Shown here piece after piece: positions 51,090-62,482 of a stretch of 64,000 bases of DNA; the stretch's first letter is position 1; every line of letters starts with the position of its first letter. This DNA is from Candidatus Eiseniibacteriota bacterium (GTDB lineage: Bacteria > Eisenbacteria > RBG-16-71-46). Where the stretch lies: positions 1,632,001 to 1,696,000 of the forward strand of contig OY970178.1 in the NCBI GenBank assembly GCA_963707915.1, in the 5' to 3' direction. The translations under genes were made by a program, and so were the position numbers. Under the pieces are notes generated by a model. That model had not been told where the DNA came from. It searched no databases and saw nothing but the letters and a program-made list of their open reading frames with translations.

Positions 51090-51403
51090 GGTCTGACCTC
51101 CGGCGTCGGTGGGGTCTCTTCGGGCGGGAGCCGCCTCGCCATCTGGCGGTACAACGCTTCGCCCATGCCGCTCTTCATCCGCTCCGCGGCCTCGCCGGCC
51201 AGCCGCTCGTCGAGCATGGAGGTGAAGAGCTCCTGGCCCGGTCCCGACTCGATGAGACCGTCCTGCGGCACGCTCGCGCGCATCGCCTTGAAGAGCTGGT
51301 TCAGGAACAGGCCTTCCAGTTCGTGGGCCATCCTGCGGAGTTGGGCGTGCGGGTCCGGACGCGGCGCCGCGGTCATCCCGGCGGGCCCGCTGACGGCACT
51401 CAT
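51086..51403 (-). CDS. flgJ: Rod-binding FlgJ (N-terminal domain only)
   Basis: ELEGLFLNQLFKAMRASVP, FTSMLDE, GMGEALYRQM. Confidence 0.9.
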   Translation of the reverse strand: MSAVSGPAGMTAAPRPDPHAQLRRMAHELEGLFLNQLFKAMRASVPQDGLIESGPGQELFTSMLDERLAGEAAERMKSGMGEALYRQMARRLPPEETPPTPEVRP

Positions 51404-52446
51404 CGGACCACCACCTGCGCCTGGAGCGCGCCGGCGGCCTGCAGCGACTCGAAGATGGCGGCGATCTCCTCCGGCTTCGCCCCGGCCGCGTGGAGCCCGG
51501 CCGCCACGTCCTGCACGGAGGCCAGCGGCTCGACGCGCACGATGCCGGTCGCCGTCCCGCCGGTCGCGGGCGGGCCGCCCACCAGTAGCGTCAGGCCGCC
51601 GTGGCTCACGGAAGCCGGACCCACCGTCGCGCCGCCACCGGCCACGACCGTCCCGTCGCGTCCGCCGATGATGACCAACGCCTGCTCGCGGGTGCTCACC
51701 TGGATGGTGTCCACCGCGGCGAGGAACGCGTTCAGCCCGTCGGTGCGGCCGGCGGCCGGCGTCAGCGCCACCGCCCCCGGGTCCTCGGCCTTCGCGGTGT
51801 TCGCCCCGAAGGCCGCGTTCACGGCATCGGCGATGCGGCTCGCGGTGGCCAGGTCCGGCCGGCGCAACAGCAGTCGCGCCGACATCGCGCTCGCGGGCAG
51901 TTCCACCTCGAGCAGGCCACCCTGCGGGATGCGGCCGGTGTTGCCCTGCCGCGTGCGCAGCGAGCGCGACTCGCCGTCGTCGGCCACCAGCACCGCGCCC
52001 TGCGCGGTCGCCAGCGCCGGCTGCCCGGGGTCGGTCACCAGCGGGGTGATCCACAGCACGCCGCCGCGCAACGAGGTCGCGTCCCCGATCGCGGAGACCT
52101 GGACTTCGAAGCGTCCCCCGGCGCGCAGGTACGGGGAGGCTTCCGCCGTCACCAGCACCGCCGCGACGTCACGCATGCGCAACTGCTCGGCCGGCACCTC
52201 GATCTGGAACCGGCGCAGCAGGTTCACCACCGAGCGCACCGTGGGCGTGCCCGCCGTGGACCTTCCGAAGCTGCGGTCGCCGCTGCCGTCGAGGCCGACC
52301 ACCAGACCGTAGCCCACCAGGCGGCGCGGCACGTCGCCCGCGTGCAGCGTGAGGTCGCCGATCCGGCCGTCGGCGCCGCGCGCGGGCACGGCCACGGCCA
52401 GCGCGAGGAGCAGCGCGCACCGGATGCCGCAGGAGCGCGCGCTCAT
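51400..52446 (-). CDS. flgI: P-ring protein FlgI
   Basis: LVGYGLVVGLDGSGD, VAAVLVTA, IGDATSLRGG, AAGALQA. Confidence 0.95.
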   Translation of the reverse strand: MSARSCGIRCALLLALAVAVPARGADGRIGDLTLHAGDVPRRLVGYGLVVGLDGSGDRSFGRSTAGTPTVRSVVNLLRRFQIEVPAEQLRMRDVAAVLVTAEASPYLRAGGRFEVQVSAIGDATSLRGGVLWITPLVTDPGQPALATAQGAVLVADDGESRSLRTRQGNTGRIPQGGLLEVELPASAMSARLLLRRPDLATASRIADAVNAAFGANTAKAEDPGAVALTPAAGRTDGLNAFLAAVDTIQVSTREQALVIIGGRDGTVVAGGGATVGPASVSHGGLTLLVGGPPATGGTATGIVRVEPLASVQDVAAGLHAAGAKPEEIAAIFESLQAAGALQAQVVVR

Positions 52447-53087
52447 GGCCACAACATCCCGAGGAAGCGGCCGACGATGCCCGTGGTCGGACCGATCTTC
52501 TTCCCCTTGTAGGTGATCTCCGCGTTCGCGACCCGGTTGGAGAGCACGCAGTTGGCCGGCGAGACATCCTGGGAGCGCACCAGGCCGCTGAGCGTGATGT
52601 CCTGCACCCTCCCGTCCACGGTGACCTTCTTGCTGCCCGCGATCCGGATCGTGCCGTCACCCTCGAGCGCGGTGACCTGGACGGTCAGCACGGCGGTGAG
52701 ATCGCCCTGCCGGCCGGTCTCCCCGACGTCGCGGGAGTTGCTCTTCAGGCCCGAGCCGAAGGACTTCGCCGGGCCGATGGCCACGTCGGTGCCGATGCTC
52801 GCGTTCAGGTCGGCGCGGGTGGAGCGGTCGCCGGTGGCGACCTTGGAGACCCGCTCGCTCGCCGCGGTGGCCTCGTCCACCACCACGGTGAGGAGGTCCC
52901 CGACGCGCAGCGGCACGCGGTCGGAGGTCCACGAGAGGCGCCCGGCCGGGCGCTCGGCCCGCGCGGCGGGCGCGGTGCCGCCCGAATCCGCGGCGGATGC
53001 CGCGACGGCCGGGTCCGGGGTCTGCGCCGTGGCAGCCCCCGGGACCGCCAGCGCGGCGAAGAACAGGACGGCAAGCGACGCTCTCAT
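52443..53087 (-). CDS. flgH: L-ring protein FlgH
   Basis: VGDLLTVVVDE, LSGLVRSQDV..N.VLS..VANAEI.Y.G, terminal WP. Confidence 0.92.
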   Translation of the reverse strand: MRASLAVLFFAALAVPGAATAQTPDPAVAASAADSGGTAPAARAERPAGRLSWTSDRVPLRVGDLLTVVVDEATAASERVSKVATGDRSTRADLNASIGTDVAIGPAKSFGSGLKSNSRDVGETGRQGDLTAVLTVQVTALEGDGTIRIAGSKKVTVDGRVQDITLSGLVRSQDVSPANCVLSNRVANAEITYKGKKIGPTTGIVGRFLGMLWP

Positions 53088-53756
53088 CGGTCTCCCCCAC
53101 TCGAGATCACGGCGGTGCCCGTCGCGGTGGCGGTTCCGACCAGCCGGTCGGGCCTGCCCTCCACCCGGGCCCTCACCAACTCACCCTGGCGCGCGCGATT
53201 GAGCGCGGTGCCGACCACCGAAACCTGCACCGCGCCGTCGGTCCACAGCAGCCGCACCGGCGCGCCGGCCTCGACGAGCAACGGCGGAGCCACGGCGGGC
53301 CGCGCCAGCGCGTCCCCGGCAGCGAGCGCGCGGCGCACCTCCCATCCCGGTCCCGGGAGGGACGAGGACGGCGGCGCGGGCGGCCCCCAGCACACGCGCG
53401 GCTCCCGCCGCACGTCGGCGGGAACGAGGCGGGTGCCGGCCGCGAGCGGTCGCGCGGCCACGGGCACGGAATCCTCCACGCCGGCCCGCAGCCGGACGGC
53501 GACGGCGTCCGCGCCGGGCGGCTCGAACACCACGACCAGCCAGCCCCCCACGCCCCGGCCCGTGACGCGGAACGGCGGCGCCCCGCCGGGCAGCGTGCCC
53601 GGCAGCCGGCCCCACTCGAGCCGCACCGCGCGCTCCGGCACGCCCCACTCCCGGGCGAGCCAGGCGACCCACGCGGACGGCCGCGGAAGCCTCGAACGCC
53701 GTGGGCGCGGAGCTCACGAGCTGGAGCAGGACGACCAGGCTAGCGAATGAGGTCAT
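53084..53756 (-). CDS. flgA: P-ring formation chaperone FlgA; frameshift near 53680
   Basis: SAF-like [27 protein letters not shown]; between flgG and flgH. Confidence 0.8.
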
Positions 53757-54529
53757 TGGTGGCGCTCATCATCTCGTCGCTGGCGGTGATCGCCTTGGCG
53801 TTGATCTCGTAGGCGCGCTGCGCCGCGATCATGTCGGTCATCTCCTGCACGATCTCGACGTTGCTGGTCTCGAGCGAGCCCTGGAGCAGCCGGCCGAAGC
53901 CGTCCTCCTGCGGGGACCCGGTCATGGGCTGGCCCGAGGCCGGGGTCTCGGCGTACTGGTTCTCGCCGATGCTGAGCAGGCCGCACGAGTTCACGAAGCG
54001 CGCGAGCTCGATGCGGCCCAGCTCGACCGGGGTCGAGCTGCCGGCCGAGAGCACGCTCACGGTGCCGTCGGGGGCGATGGTGATGGAGCTCGCGTCCTCG
54101 GGCACGGTGATGCTGGGCAGCACCGCGTGGCCGCCGGTCGTCACGAGCGTGCCGGACTCCGAGAGCGTGAAGCTGCCGTCGCGCGTGTACGCGGTGGTGC
54201 CGTCGGGCCGCCGCACCTGGAAGAAGCCGTCGCCCTCGACGGCGACGTCCAGCGGCCGCTGGGTGCTCTCGGGGGCGCCCTGCCCGTGGAGCCGCAGGAT
54301 CGCGCCGATGCGCACGCCCTTGCCGATCTGCACCGGCGCCGACGGTCTCGGCGCCCCGGTCGGTCGCGGCGCGCGGCCCCTGCAGGGTCTCGTAGAGCAC
54401 GTCCTCGAAGCTCACCCGGCTCCGCTTGAAGCCGGTGGTGTTCACGTTGGCGAGGTTGTTGGCGATCACGTCGATCATGCGCTGCTGCGCGGCCATGCCG
54501 CTCGCGGACGTTCGCAGGCTCGAATTCAT
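53740..54529 (-). CDS. flgG: Distal rod protein FlgG; frameshift near 54345
   Basis: [40 protein letters not shown]. Confidence 0.95.
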
Positions 54530-54593
54530 CGGTCGTCCTCCCGGCGGGGTCGCGCGGCGCCGGCGGCGCCCTCGCCCAGCCCTGCGGGCCCGG

Positions 54594-55289
54594 TCACTGG
54601 ACCCTGCCCACTGTGTTGGTGACGTTCCCCAGCACGCTGTCCAGCGCCTTCAGCGCTTCGACGTTGCTGCCGTAGGACCGCTGGATGGTCATGAGTTCCA
54701 CCATGGACAGCAGCGGGTCGAGGTTGGCCTCCTCGACCGAGCCCTGGCGCACGGCGACCGTGTTCTCGGGCACGGGGTGCCGCGTGCCGTCCGGCACGTA
54801 GCGTCCGGAGCCTTCCTTGAGGAGCCGGGCCGGCTCGTCCACGGTCTCGACGCGCAGGCGTCCGACGCCCGCGCCGTCCACGACCACCGTGCCGTCGGCC
54901 CGGATCTCGACCTGGGAACCGATCACGCGGATCGGGCCCTCCGCGCCCACCAGCGGGTCGCCGCGCCCGTCCATCAGGCACCCCGACGCGTCCAGCCGCA
55001 GCGAGCCGCCACGGGTCAGGCGCTCACCGCGCGGCGTGTTCACGACGAGGAAGCCCGGCCCCTCGAGGCTGATGTCGAGCGGCCGGCCGGTATCGCGCAG
55101 GCGCCCCTGCTCGAGGTCCAGCTGTTCGACCGGCACGGGGTAGTCGGCGCCCGGGAGCTGCCGGGCCGTCATCCGGCCGGCCTTGAACGCGTCGGTGCTC
55201 GCGTTCGCGACGTTGTGGGTCGCGACCTCCTGGAGCTTCCGGTAGTACGCGAGGGTGCGGGCCGTGCTCACGATGCCCCGCATCGACAT
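54594..55289 (-). CDS. flgF: Rod protein FlgF
   Basis: [39 protein letters not shown]. Confidence 0.9.
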   Translation of the reverse strand: MSMRGIVSTARTLAYYRKLQEVATHNVANASTDAFKAGRMTARQLPGADYPVPVEQLDLEQGRLRDTGRPLDISLEGPGFLVVNTPRGERLTRGGSLRLDASGCLMDGRGDPLVGAEGPIRVIGSQVEIRADGTVVVDGAGVGRLRVETVDEPARLLKEGSGRYVPDGTRHPVPENTVAVRQGSVEEANLDPLLSMVELMTIQRSYGSNVEALKALDSVLGNVTNTVGRVQ

Positions 55290-55342
55290 GGCTCCTCCTG
55301 TTTTCGTTCCCGGCCCGAGGCCCGGGGTTCCACGTCCCCGAC

Positions 55343-55357
55343 GCAAGCCGCATGCCG
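55343..55357 (-). promoter_or_regulatory. Sigma-54-like promoter upstream of flgF
   Basis: CGGCATGCGGCTTGC (GG-N10-GC), about 55 bp before the flgF start. Confidence 0.6.
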
Positions 55358-55383
55358 TGCGGCCCGGGGGCGCAGGCGACCGG

Positions 55384-55932
55384 CTAACTGCTTTCGACCC
55401 AGCGCATCCCGCTCACCGGATCCGCCTCCCGGCGGCGGTTCAGGCCACTCAACCATGCCGGAGCGGAAGGTTCTTCCCGGCGCCGGCGGGACCGCCGGCG
55501 CGTGGCGCGATCGGGACGCAGCAGCGTGCGCACGGCGTCCTGGGCCAGGCGCGTGCGGCGCGCGGCGCGGGCGACGGGACGACCGCCGCGCACCTCGCGG
55601 ACCACGGCCTTGAACGGATCGCGGCGGCGGCCGGCGAGCGCGAGCGCGAAGCAGGCGCCCGCCAGCGCGGCCAGCAAACCCGCCGCGCCCACGGCCGCGG
55701 GCGGGGTCTGCAACTCCGCCGCCAGCGCCGCGACCACCGGGGCCAGCCGGTCCCGGAGCGCGGCGGCCGCGACGACGGCGCCATCCCACAGCGCCGGGAC
55801 GCGCGCGACCATGCCGTCCCACGCCGCGGAGCCGGCGGCGAGCCACGACGCGGGAAGACGGCCCGGCAGGTTCCCGCCCAGCACCATCAACACCACCGTG
55901 ACGAGGACCGCCGTCCAGAGCTTCCTTCTCAT
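55384..55932 (-). CDS. Hypothetical membrane protein with an HTH-like C-terminus
   Basis: Overlaps the fliA stop (ATGA), GGAGG RBS, two hydrophobic segments, GRPVARAARRTRLAQDAVRTLL. Confidence 0.65.
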   Translation of the reverse strand: MRRKLWTAVLVTVVLMVLGGNLPGRLPASWLAAGSAAWDGMVARVPALWDGAVVAAAALRDRLAPVVAALAAELQTPPAAVGAAGLLAALAGACFALALAGRRRDPFKAVVREVRGGRPVARAARRTRLAQDAVRTLLRPDRATRRRSRRRREEPSAPAWLSGLNRRREADPVSGMRWVESS

Positions 55933-56693
55933 GGCTCACCTCCGTTGCGCGTGATGGCCTCCCGCAGGCGCGCGAGCGCCCGCGTCCGGATCTGGGAGAC
56001 CCGTGACTCGCTGACGTGCAGGACGTCACCGATCTCCTTCAGGCTCAACTGTTCGTAGTGGTAGAGCGACAGGACCAGCCGGTCCTTGGCGGGGAGCGCG
56101 GCGAAGGCCTCGTGCAGCCCCTCCAGCGCCTCGGCCCGCGCCAGCTCGACTCCCGGGTCCGTCGACTCGGTGTCGGGGATGGTCTCGGAGAGCAGCGCGT
56201 CGCCTTCCTCCCCGGCCCCGCCGGGCGCGTCGAGCGCCAGCAGCACGCGGCCCTCGGCCTGCTCCGCCCAGCGCCAGTAGGTGTCCATGTCCACGCCCAG
56301 TGCCCGGGCCACTTCCGTCGCCGCCGGGGCGCGCCCGAGGCGCTGCGCGAGGTCGTCGCGCACGCGCGACAGCTGGCGTCCGCGGGTGCGCACCGAGCGC
56401 GGCACCCAGTCCTGGGCGCGCATCTCGTCGAGCATCGCACCGCGGATGCGCGGGACCGCGTAGCTGCTGAACGCCAGCCGGCGCTCGAGTTCGAAGCCCT
56501 CGAGGGCCTGCACCAGCCCGAGCGTGCCGGCGCTCACCAGCTCGTCGAGCTCGATCTCGCGCGGCGCCCGCCGGATGATCTCGCGAGCGGCGTGGTGGAC
56601 GAGGCCGATGTATCGATCCAGCAGCTGCGAGCGGGCCTCCGGATCACCGTGGGTCCGGTAGCGCTCCCAGAGGGCGTTGTTCAGGTCGGTCAT
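55929..56693 (-). CDS. fliA: Flagellar sigma factor sigma-28
   Basis: FSSYAVPRIRGAMLDEMR..DWVPRS, LSLKEIG.VL.VSESRVSQ. Confidence 0.96.
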   Translation of the reverse strand: MTDLNNALWERYRTHGDPEARSQLLDRYIGLVHHAAREIIRRAPREIELDELVSAGTLGLVQALEGFELERRLAFSSYAVPRIRGAMLDEMRAQDWVPRSVRTRGRQLSRVRDDLAQRLGRAPAATEVARALGVDMDTYWRWAEQAEGRVLLALDAPGGAGEEGDALLSETIPDTESTDPGVELARAEALEGLHEAFAALPAKDRLVLSLYHYEQLSLKEIGDVLHVSESRVSQIRTRALARLREAITRNGGEP

Positions 56694-57548
56694 GGCACGC
56701 TCGTCGTGAAGGGGGACCGGGGCGGGGCGGCGCACTCGCCGTCCGCCTCGGACGTCCTGGCTCCGGCCAGGCGGGCGACGGCCTCGTCCACCGCCGGCGG
56801 TGCTGCGGCGAGGAGCGCCCCGGGCCGGCGGATGTCGGCGCGCAGCCCGTCGTCCTCCGGCAGGGCACCCAGGTAGCTCGAGCTCCCGGCCCAGGAAGCG
56901 CGAGGCGGCGAGGCGCAGGCGCTCGAAGGCGGCCAGCCCCTCCTCGTCGCTCCGGGTGCGGTTCACGAGGACGGAGACCGGCAGGGCCGGGAGCTGGAGG
57001 CTCACGATCTTGATCAGCGCGTAGGCGTCGCTCAGCGCCGTCGGCTCCGGCACGGTGACGACCACCAGCCGGGTGGCGTTCATCGAGGCGACCCGCACGA
57101 CGTTGTCGATACCGGGCCCGCCATCCACGACGACCGTCTCGAAGTCCTCGTAGAGGGAGCTCAGCTGGTGGTGGAGCCGCGCCTGGTCCACCCGGCTCAG
57201 GGCGTAGAGCGACTCGGCGCCGGAGTCCGCGGGCAGCAGCCAGAGGCCGGGGCCCACGGCCACCGGGAGCTGCTCCAGGTCGGCCTCGCCGGTCAGCAGG
57301 TCTTCGAGCCGGCCGGCGGGACGCACGCCCAGCAGGATGTGCAGGTTGCCCTGGTTCTGGCAGCCGTCCACCAGCAGCACGCGGCGGCCGTTCCGGGCCA
57401 GCGCGGTGGCGAACAGCGCCGCGAGCACCGACTTCCCCACGCCTCCCTTGCCACTGCCCACGACGATCACCTCCGCGCCGGGCGATCCCGCCCGCGGGCG
57501 GCACGGTGCCTGTTGCGCGAGGCTGCGAAGGGCGGCGGCCTGGTCCAT
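56690..57548 (-). CDS. flhG: MinD-like ATPase FlhG/FleN; frameshift near 56875
   Basis: MDQAAALR, SGKGGVGKS, VDGGPG, PEPTALSDAYALIK; continues YLGALPED and ends in ATGA overlap with fliA. Confidence 0.9.
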
Positions 57549-58405
57549 CACCGCGCTCCCGTCACGGCGAACTCGCCGCGCGGCGTCCGCGACGCGGAGC
57601 CCGCGCCGGCGACCGGCGCGGCGGACCGCAGGTCGGCGGGCACCTCCTGCCCGTCGGCCGCCCAGCGCACGGGCAGCCCGCAGGAGACGGCGAGGTCGAA
57701 CAGCGAGCTGTCTCCGGGCAGCTCGTCCAGCTTGGTCGGGAGCAGGTGCGTCACGCCCCACTCCCGGTAGTCGTCCACCAGGCGGCGGGCGAGGCGCGTC
57801 TGCAGTCCCGCGGGCAGCGTGAGGTGCACCTCGTGCGCCGCCAGCTCGGCCAGCGCGGCGCGGGTGGCGGCCACGTCGCCGCGGGCGGCGGGCCCGCGAC
57901 CCGCGGTGTCGACCAGCACGACCTCGCACCCCGAGAGCCGCCGCAGCGCGCGCTTCAGCTCGCGCGTCTCGTAGACGACCTCCAGCGGGATGCGCGAGAG
58001 CTCGGCGTAGATGCGCGACTGCTCGACCGCGCCGATGCGGTAGGTGTCGAGGCAGAGCAGGCCGACCGAGTGTCCGCCGAACACCTGGGGATGGTTGGCG
58101 AGCTTGGCGATGGTCGTGGTCTTGCCGGCACCGGTCGGCCCGACCAGCGCGACGACGAGCGGGCCGCGGCCGCCGGCCGCCGGGTCGATGCCCGGAGCGG
58201 CGCCGGCCGTGGTCCGTGCCGGCAGCGGCGCGTGGCGCGGCCGGGGGAGCGAGCCGGCCGAATCGGCGGCCACCAGCTCGAAGCCGATGACCGGGTCGGC
58301 CGAGACCCGGCGCGACGAGACCACGATCGCGTCATCGCCGAACACCGCCTGGGCCTGGGCGAGCAGCGTGGAGAAGTCGGGTCCGCGGAAGGTCTCAGTC
58401 GGCAC
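57548..58405 (-). CDS. flhF: SRP-type GTPase FlhF
   Basis: GPTGAGKTTT.AKL, DTYRIGAVEQ, DTAGR, TKLDE, GQEVP.DL. Confidence 0.95.
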   Translation of the reverse strand: MPTETFRGPDFSTLLAQAQAVFGDDAIVVSSRRVSADPVIGFELVAADSAGSLPRPRHAPLPARTTAGAAPGIDPAAGGRGPLVVALVGPTGAGKTTTIAKLANHPQVFGGHSVGLLCLDTYRIGAVEQSRIYAELSRIPLEVVYETRELKRALRRLSGCEVVLVDTAGRGPAARGDVAATRAALAELAAHEVHLTLPAGLQTRLARRLVDDYREWGVTHLLPTKLDELPGDSSLFDLAVSCGLPVRWAADGQEVPADLRSAAPVAGAGSASRTPRGEFAVTGAR

Positions 58406-60574
58406 GGGTCAGCTCCCATGTGCTGATGTTCTGGATGGGGGTCTGCGCCGGCAGCTCGCCGAGCGAGATCACCGGCAGACGGGGCAGGATGGGCTCCACG
58501 AGCCGGCGGATGCCGACGCGCAGGCCGGGGGGCGTCACGAGCGGCGGCACCTGGCCGTCACGGCGCGACGATTCGACGATGCGGTGGAGCGAGTGCAGGG
58601 CCGCGGTGAGCTCCTCGGGATCGAGGGTGCGCTGCCCTTCGCGGCCCCGCGGACTGAAGAGCTGCATCAGCCCGACCTCGAGCCGCGGGCCGACGGTGAT
58701 CGCCCGGATGGGCGCCTCGCCGCCGCCCAGCATCTGGACGATCACGGTCGACAGGGTGCGCCGGACGTGCTCGGTGAGGACTTCCGGGTCCTTGGTCTGC
58801 TCGGCCGCGTCGGAGAGCGCCTCGAGGATGCTCACCAGGTCGCGGATCGGCAGGCCTTCGCGCAGCAGCCGCTGCAGCACGCGGTGCACGACGCCCAGCG
58901 AGAGCTTGTTGGGGACGACGTCCTCGACCAGCGCCGGGTGGGTCTCCTTGAGCTCGTCGAGCATCTCGCGCGTGTTCTGGCGGCTCAGCAGGTCGGAGGC
59001 GTGCTCGCGGATGGTCTCCATGAGGTGCGTCGAGAGCACGGTCTGCGGCTCGACCACGTTGTACCCGGCGGCCTCGGCCTGGCCGCGCTGATCGGGCGAG
59101 ATCCACACCGCGGGCAGGCCGAAGCTGGGATCGGTCGTGGTCGTGCCCTCGATGGGCGTGGCACTCCCGGTGGTGTCGAGCGCGAGCAGGTGGCGCGGCA
59201 TCAGCGCGCCGCCCGCGACCCGCGCGCCGCGCAGCCGGATGACGTACTCGTTCGAGCGGGAGCTGGATGTTGTCGCGGATCCGCACCGCCGGCACCATCA
59301 TCCCGAGCTCGAAGGCCAGCTGCTTGCGCATGACCCGCACCCGCTGGAGCAGGTCGCCCTGCTGCGTCTCGTCCACCAGCGGCACCAGGGCGTAGCCGAT
59401 CTCGACCTCCAGCGGCTCGACCGCCAGCAGCTCCAGCAGCGGGGGCATGCCGGTGGGGAACTCGGTCTCCGTCGCCGCGCGGCGCCGCCGCCGCGGCCGG
59501 GGCCGACCGGCGGCGCCCGCGCATCGCGTAGGCCACCCCGGCCGACGCCGCCGCGAGCGCGAGGAAGGGGAGCATCGGCAGCCCGGGGACGACGGCGAAC
59601 AGCGCCAGGATCCCCGAGGCCGTCCACAGCGAGCGCGGGCTGGCCGTCAGCTGGTCCATGATCGACGAGGCCACCGGCGTGCCCGCCGACCCGTAGGTCA
59701 CCAGCAGGCCGGCCGCGGTGCTCACGATCAGCGCGGGGATCTGGGTCACGATCCCGTCGCCCACGGTGAGCGCGGTGAAGGTCGAGAGCGATTCCCGGGC
59801 GGTCATGCCGTGCTGGGTCATCCCGATGATGAACCCGCCGACCAGGTTGATGCCGGTGATGACCAGCCCGGCCACCGCGTCGCCCCGCACGAACTTCGCC
59901 GCGCCGTCCATGGAACCGTAGAAGTCGGCGTAGCGGTTGATCTCCTCGCGCCGCCGCCGCGCCTCGGCCTCGTCGATGAAGCCCGCGCCGAGGTCGGCGT
60001 CGATGCTCATCTGGCGGCCGGGCATCGCGTCGAGGGTGAACCGCGCGGCCACCTCGGCGACGCGTCCGGCGCCCTTCGTGATGACCATGAAGTTGATGAC
60101 GACCAGGATCAGGAAGATGACGAGCCCGACCACGTAGTTGCCGCCGATCACGAAGTTGCCGAAGGCGGCGATGACCTCGCCCGCGCGCCCGCTGCTCAGG
60201 ATGAGACGCGTGCTGCTCACGTTGAGGCCGAGCCGCAGCAGCGTGATGAGCAGCAGCAGGCTGGGGAAGATGCTGAACTCGAGCGGGTCGCGCGACGACA
60301 GCGCCACCAGCAGGATGATGATCGAGAGCGCGAAGCTCAGCGCCAGGCAGGCGTCCAGCAGGAACGCCGGCAGCGGCACGACCAGCAGGGCGACGATGCC
60401 GACCACGCCGATCGCGAGGTAGGTCTCGGCCGTCGAGGACAGCAGCCGGCGCCCGAGCGGCACCGCCGCCGCGGTGCCGGCGCCCGAGCCGGGCGTGGAG
60501 CGCCCGGCGGCCGCGGCCCCGACGGGCGTGCCGAGCACCGGGGCGACCGCGTTGGGAAGCGTCACGACGCTCAC
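58395..60574 (-). CDS. flhA: Export gate FlhA; frameshifts near 59480 and 59255
   Basis: ITKGAGRVAEVAARFTLDAMPGRQM, FYGSMDGAAKFVRGDA, EIGYALVPLVD, DPSFGLPA.W. Confidence 0.95.
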
Positions 60575-61678
60575 GAGGCCCTCCGTTCAGGCGCCGCCGC
60601 CCCGCCGCTGCGGGCGACGCGCTGCCGGTACACGAAGGCGAGGATCTCGGCCACGACCGCGTAGAGCGCGGACGGGACCATCTGCCCCACCGTGGCGGTG
60701 GCGAGCAGCGCGCGGGCCACGGCGCGGTTCTCGATCACCGGCACGTTGGCCGCGAAGGCCAGGGCCTTGATCCGCTCCGCCAGCTTGCGCTCGCCCATCG
60801 CCACGACGATCGGGGCCGGGGCCACGTCGATGTCGTACTTCAGGGCGACGGCGACGTGGGTCGGGTTGACGACCACGACGTCGGCGGTCGGCACGTCCTG
60901 GAGCATGCGCTGGCGGGCACGGGAGCGGGCCAGCGCCTTGATGCGCCCCTTGATCATGCGGGTCGCCCTCGGCGTCCTTGTGCTCGCCGACCACGTCCTG
61001 CCGGGTCATGCGCAGGCTCTTCTCGTACTGGAGGACCTGGTACCAGTAGTCGGCCCCGGCGATGACCAGGAACGCGAGCCCCACGGTGAGCGCGAGCTTG
61101 ACCACGAGCGTCCGGGCGACCTGGCCGATCTCGACCGGGCTCGCCCCCGACAGCGAGACCAGCTCGGGCCAGTTCGACCGCACGACCTGGAAGGTGATGA
61201 AGCCGAGCAGCGCGATCTTGACCGACGACTTCAGCAGCGTGACCACCGAGTCGAGGCTCACGATGCGCTTGATGCCGCCCAGCAGGTTCACGTTGGTGAA
61301 CGACGGGGTGATGGGCTTCAGCGAGAGCACGCCGCGCGCCTGGGCGAGGTTCACGCCCACCACGATGCCCGCCAGGCCCAGCCCGAACGGGAGCATGGCG
61401 ACGACCAGGCCCTGCGTCATGTCCCGCAGGATCCGCACCGCGCCCAGCGAGGTGAGCGGGCCGGAGGTGAGCGCGCTCGTGCTCTCGTGGAGCAGGCGGA
61501 CCGCGAACGTGGCGAGCTCCCGCCCGCCGACGCCCGCCAGCAGCACGGTGCCGGCCAGCAGCACCGCGGCCGTGCTGAGGTCCTGGCTGCGCGCGATCCG
61601 CCCCTCCTTCCGCGCGTCTTCGCGCTTCCGGGGGGTCGGGGCTTCGGTGCGGTCCTGTCCGCTCGAACCTTCGGCCAT
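60571..61678 (-). CDS. flhB: Export gate FlhB; frameshift near 60960
   Basis: RTEAPTPRK, EGDP, NPTH autocleavage site, VAEILA. Confidence 0.95.
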
Positions 61679-61681
61679 GGC

Positions 61682-62482
61682 TCAGGGTCCTGTCGGGGCG
61701 GCCTGCATCGCCCCCACGAAGGAGGTCACGCTGCCGGGGAGCTGGTGCACCCACCCCTCGATGCTGGTGGCCAGGAAGGGCAGGGCCGCGCCGGCCATGA
61801 CCAGGCCGACCGCGATCGAGACCGGGAACGAGATCATCATCGCGTTGATCTGCGGCACGGCGCGGCTGAGGAGCGCGACCGACATCTCCGCGAGCAGCAG
61901 GGTCACCATGACCGGGGCAGCGGCGCTCACCGCGCAGCGGAACACGGCCTTCGCGGCCAGCACGGCGCCCTGGCCGCCGGCCAGGTCCATGGGCGACCCG
62001 GGCGGCAGGGTCTGGAGGCTGTCCGCCAGCCCGCGCAGCAGCATGAGGTGGCCGCCGATACCCACGTAGATGAGCAGCACGAGGTTGCTCAGGATCAGCC
62101 CCATGCCCGAGACCTGCAGGTCGGGCATCGGCGCGAGCTGGGGCGCGAGCGACAGCCCCATCTGCAGCGAGATGATCTCGCCCGCCAGCGCGACGCCCTG
62201 CACGAGGATGCCCGCGGTGAGCCCGATGACGATCCCCACGACCATCTCGAGCGCGAACGGCAGCGGCAGCGCGAGCAGTTCGTCGGGGATCCGGGTGGCG
62301 GGCACCGACGGCAGCAGCACGACCGAGAGCACGACCGTGATGGCCGCGCGCGCACGGTTCGGCAGGTTCGTCATGGACCAGAGCGGCGCCGTGAACATCA
62401 GCCCGGAGAGCCGCGCCGAGACCAGCGCGAAGGCGGGCCAGCGCCCGGGAGCGAGCACCTCGGTGAGCAGGTCGGGGATCAT
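61682..62482 (-). CDS. fliR: Export gate FliR
   Basis: R..GL..AP, AGEIISLQMGL, GGH, RAVPQIN..FP. Confidence 0.93.
   Translation of the reverse strand: MIPDLLTEVLAPGRWPAFALVSARLSGLMFTAPLWSMTNLPNRARAAITVVLSVVLLPSVPATRIPDELLALPLPFALEMVVGIVIGLTAGILVQGVALAGEIISLQMGLSLAPQLAPMPDLQVSGMGLILSNLVLLIYVGIGGHLMLLRGLADSLQTLPPGSPMDLAGGQGAVLAAKAVFRCAVSAAAPVMVTLLLAEMSVALLSRAVPQINAMMISFPVSIAVGLVMAGAALPFLATSIEGWVHQLPGSVTSFVGAMQAAPTGP

Noticed and set aside
55929..57929. Apparent FlhG-FliA fusion
   Set aside because: Frameshift near 56875; corrected FlhG ends in an ATGA overlap with fliA
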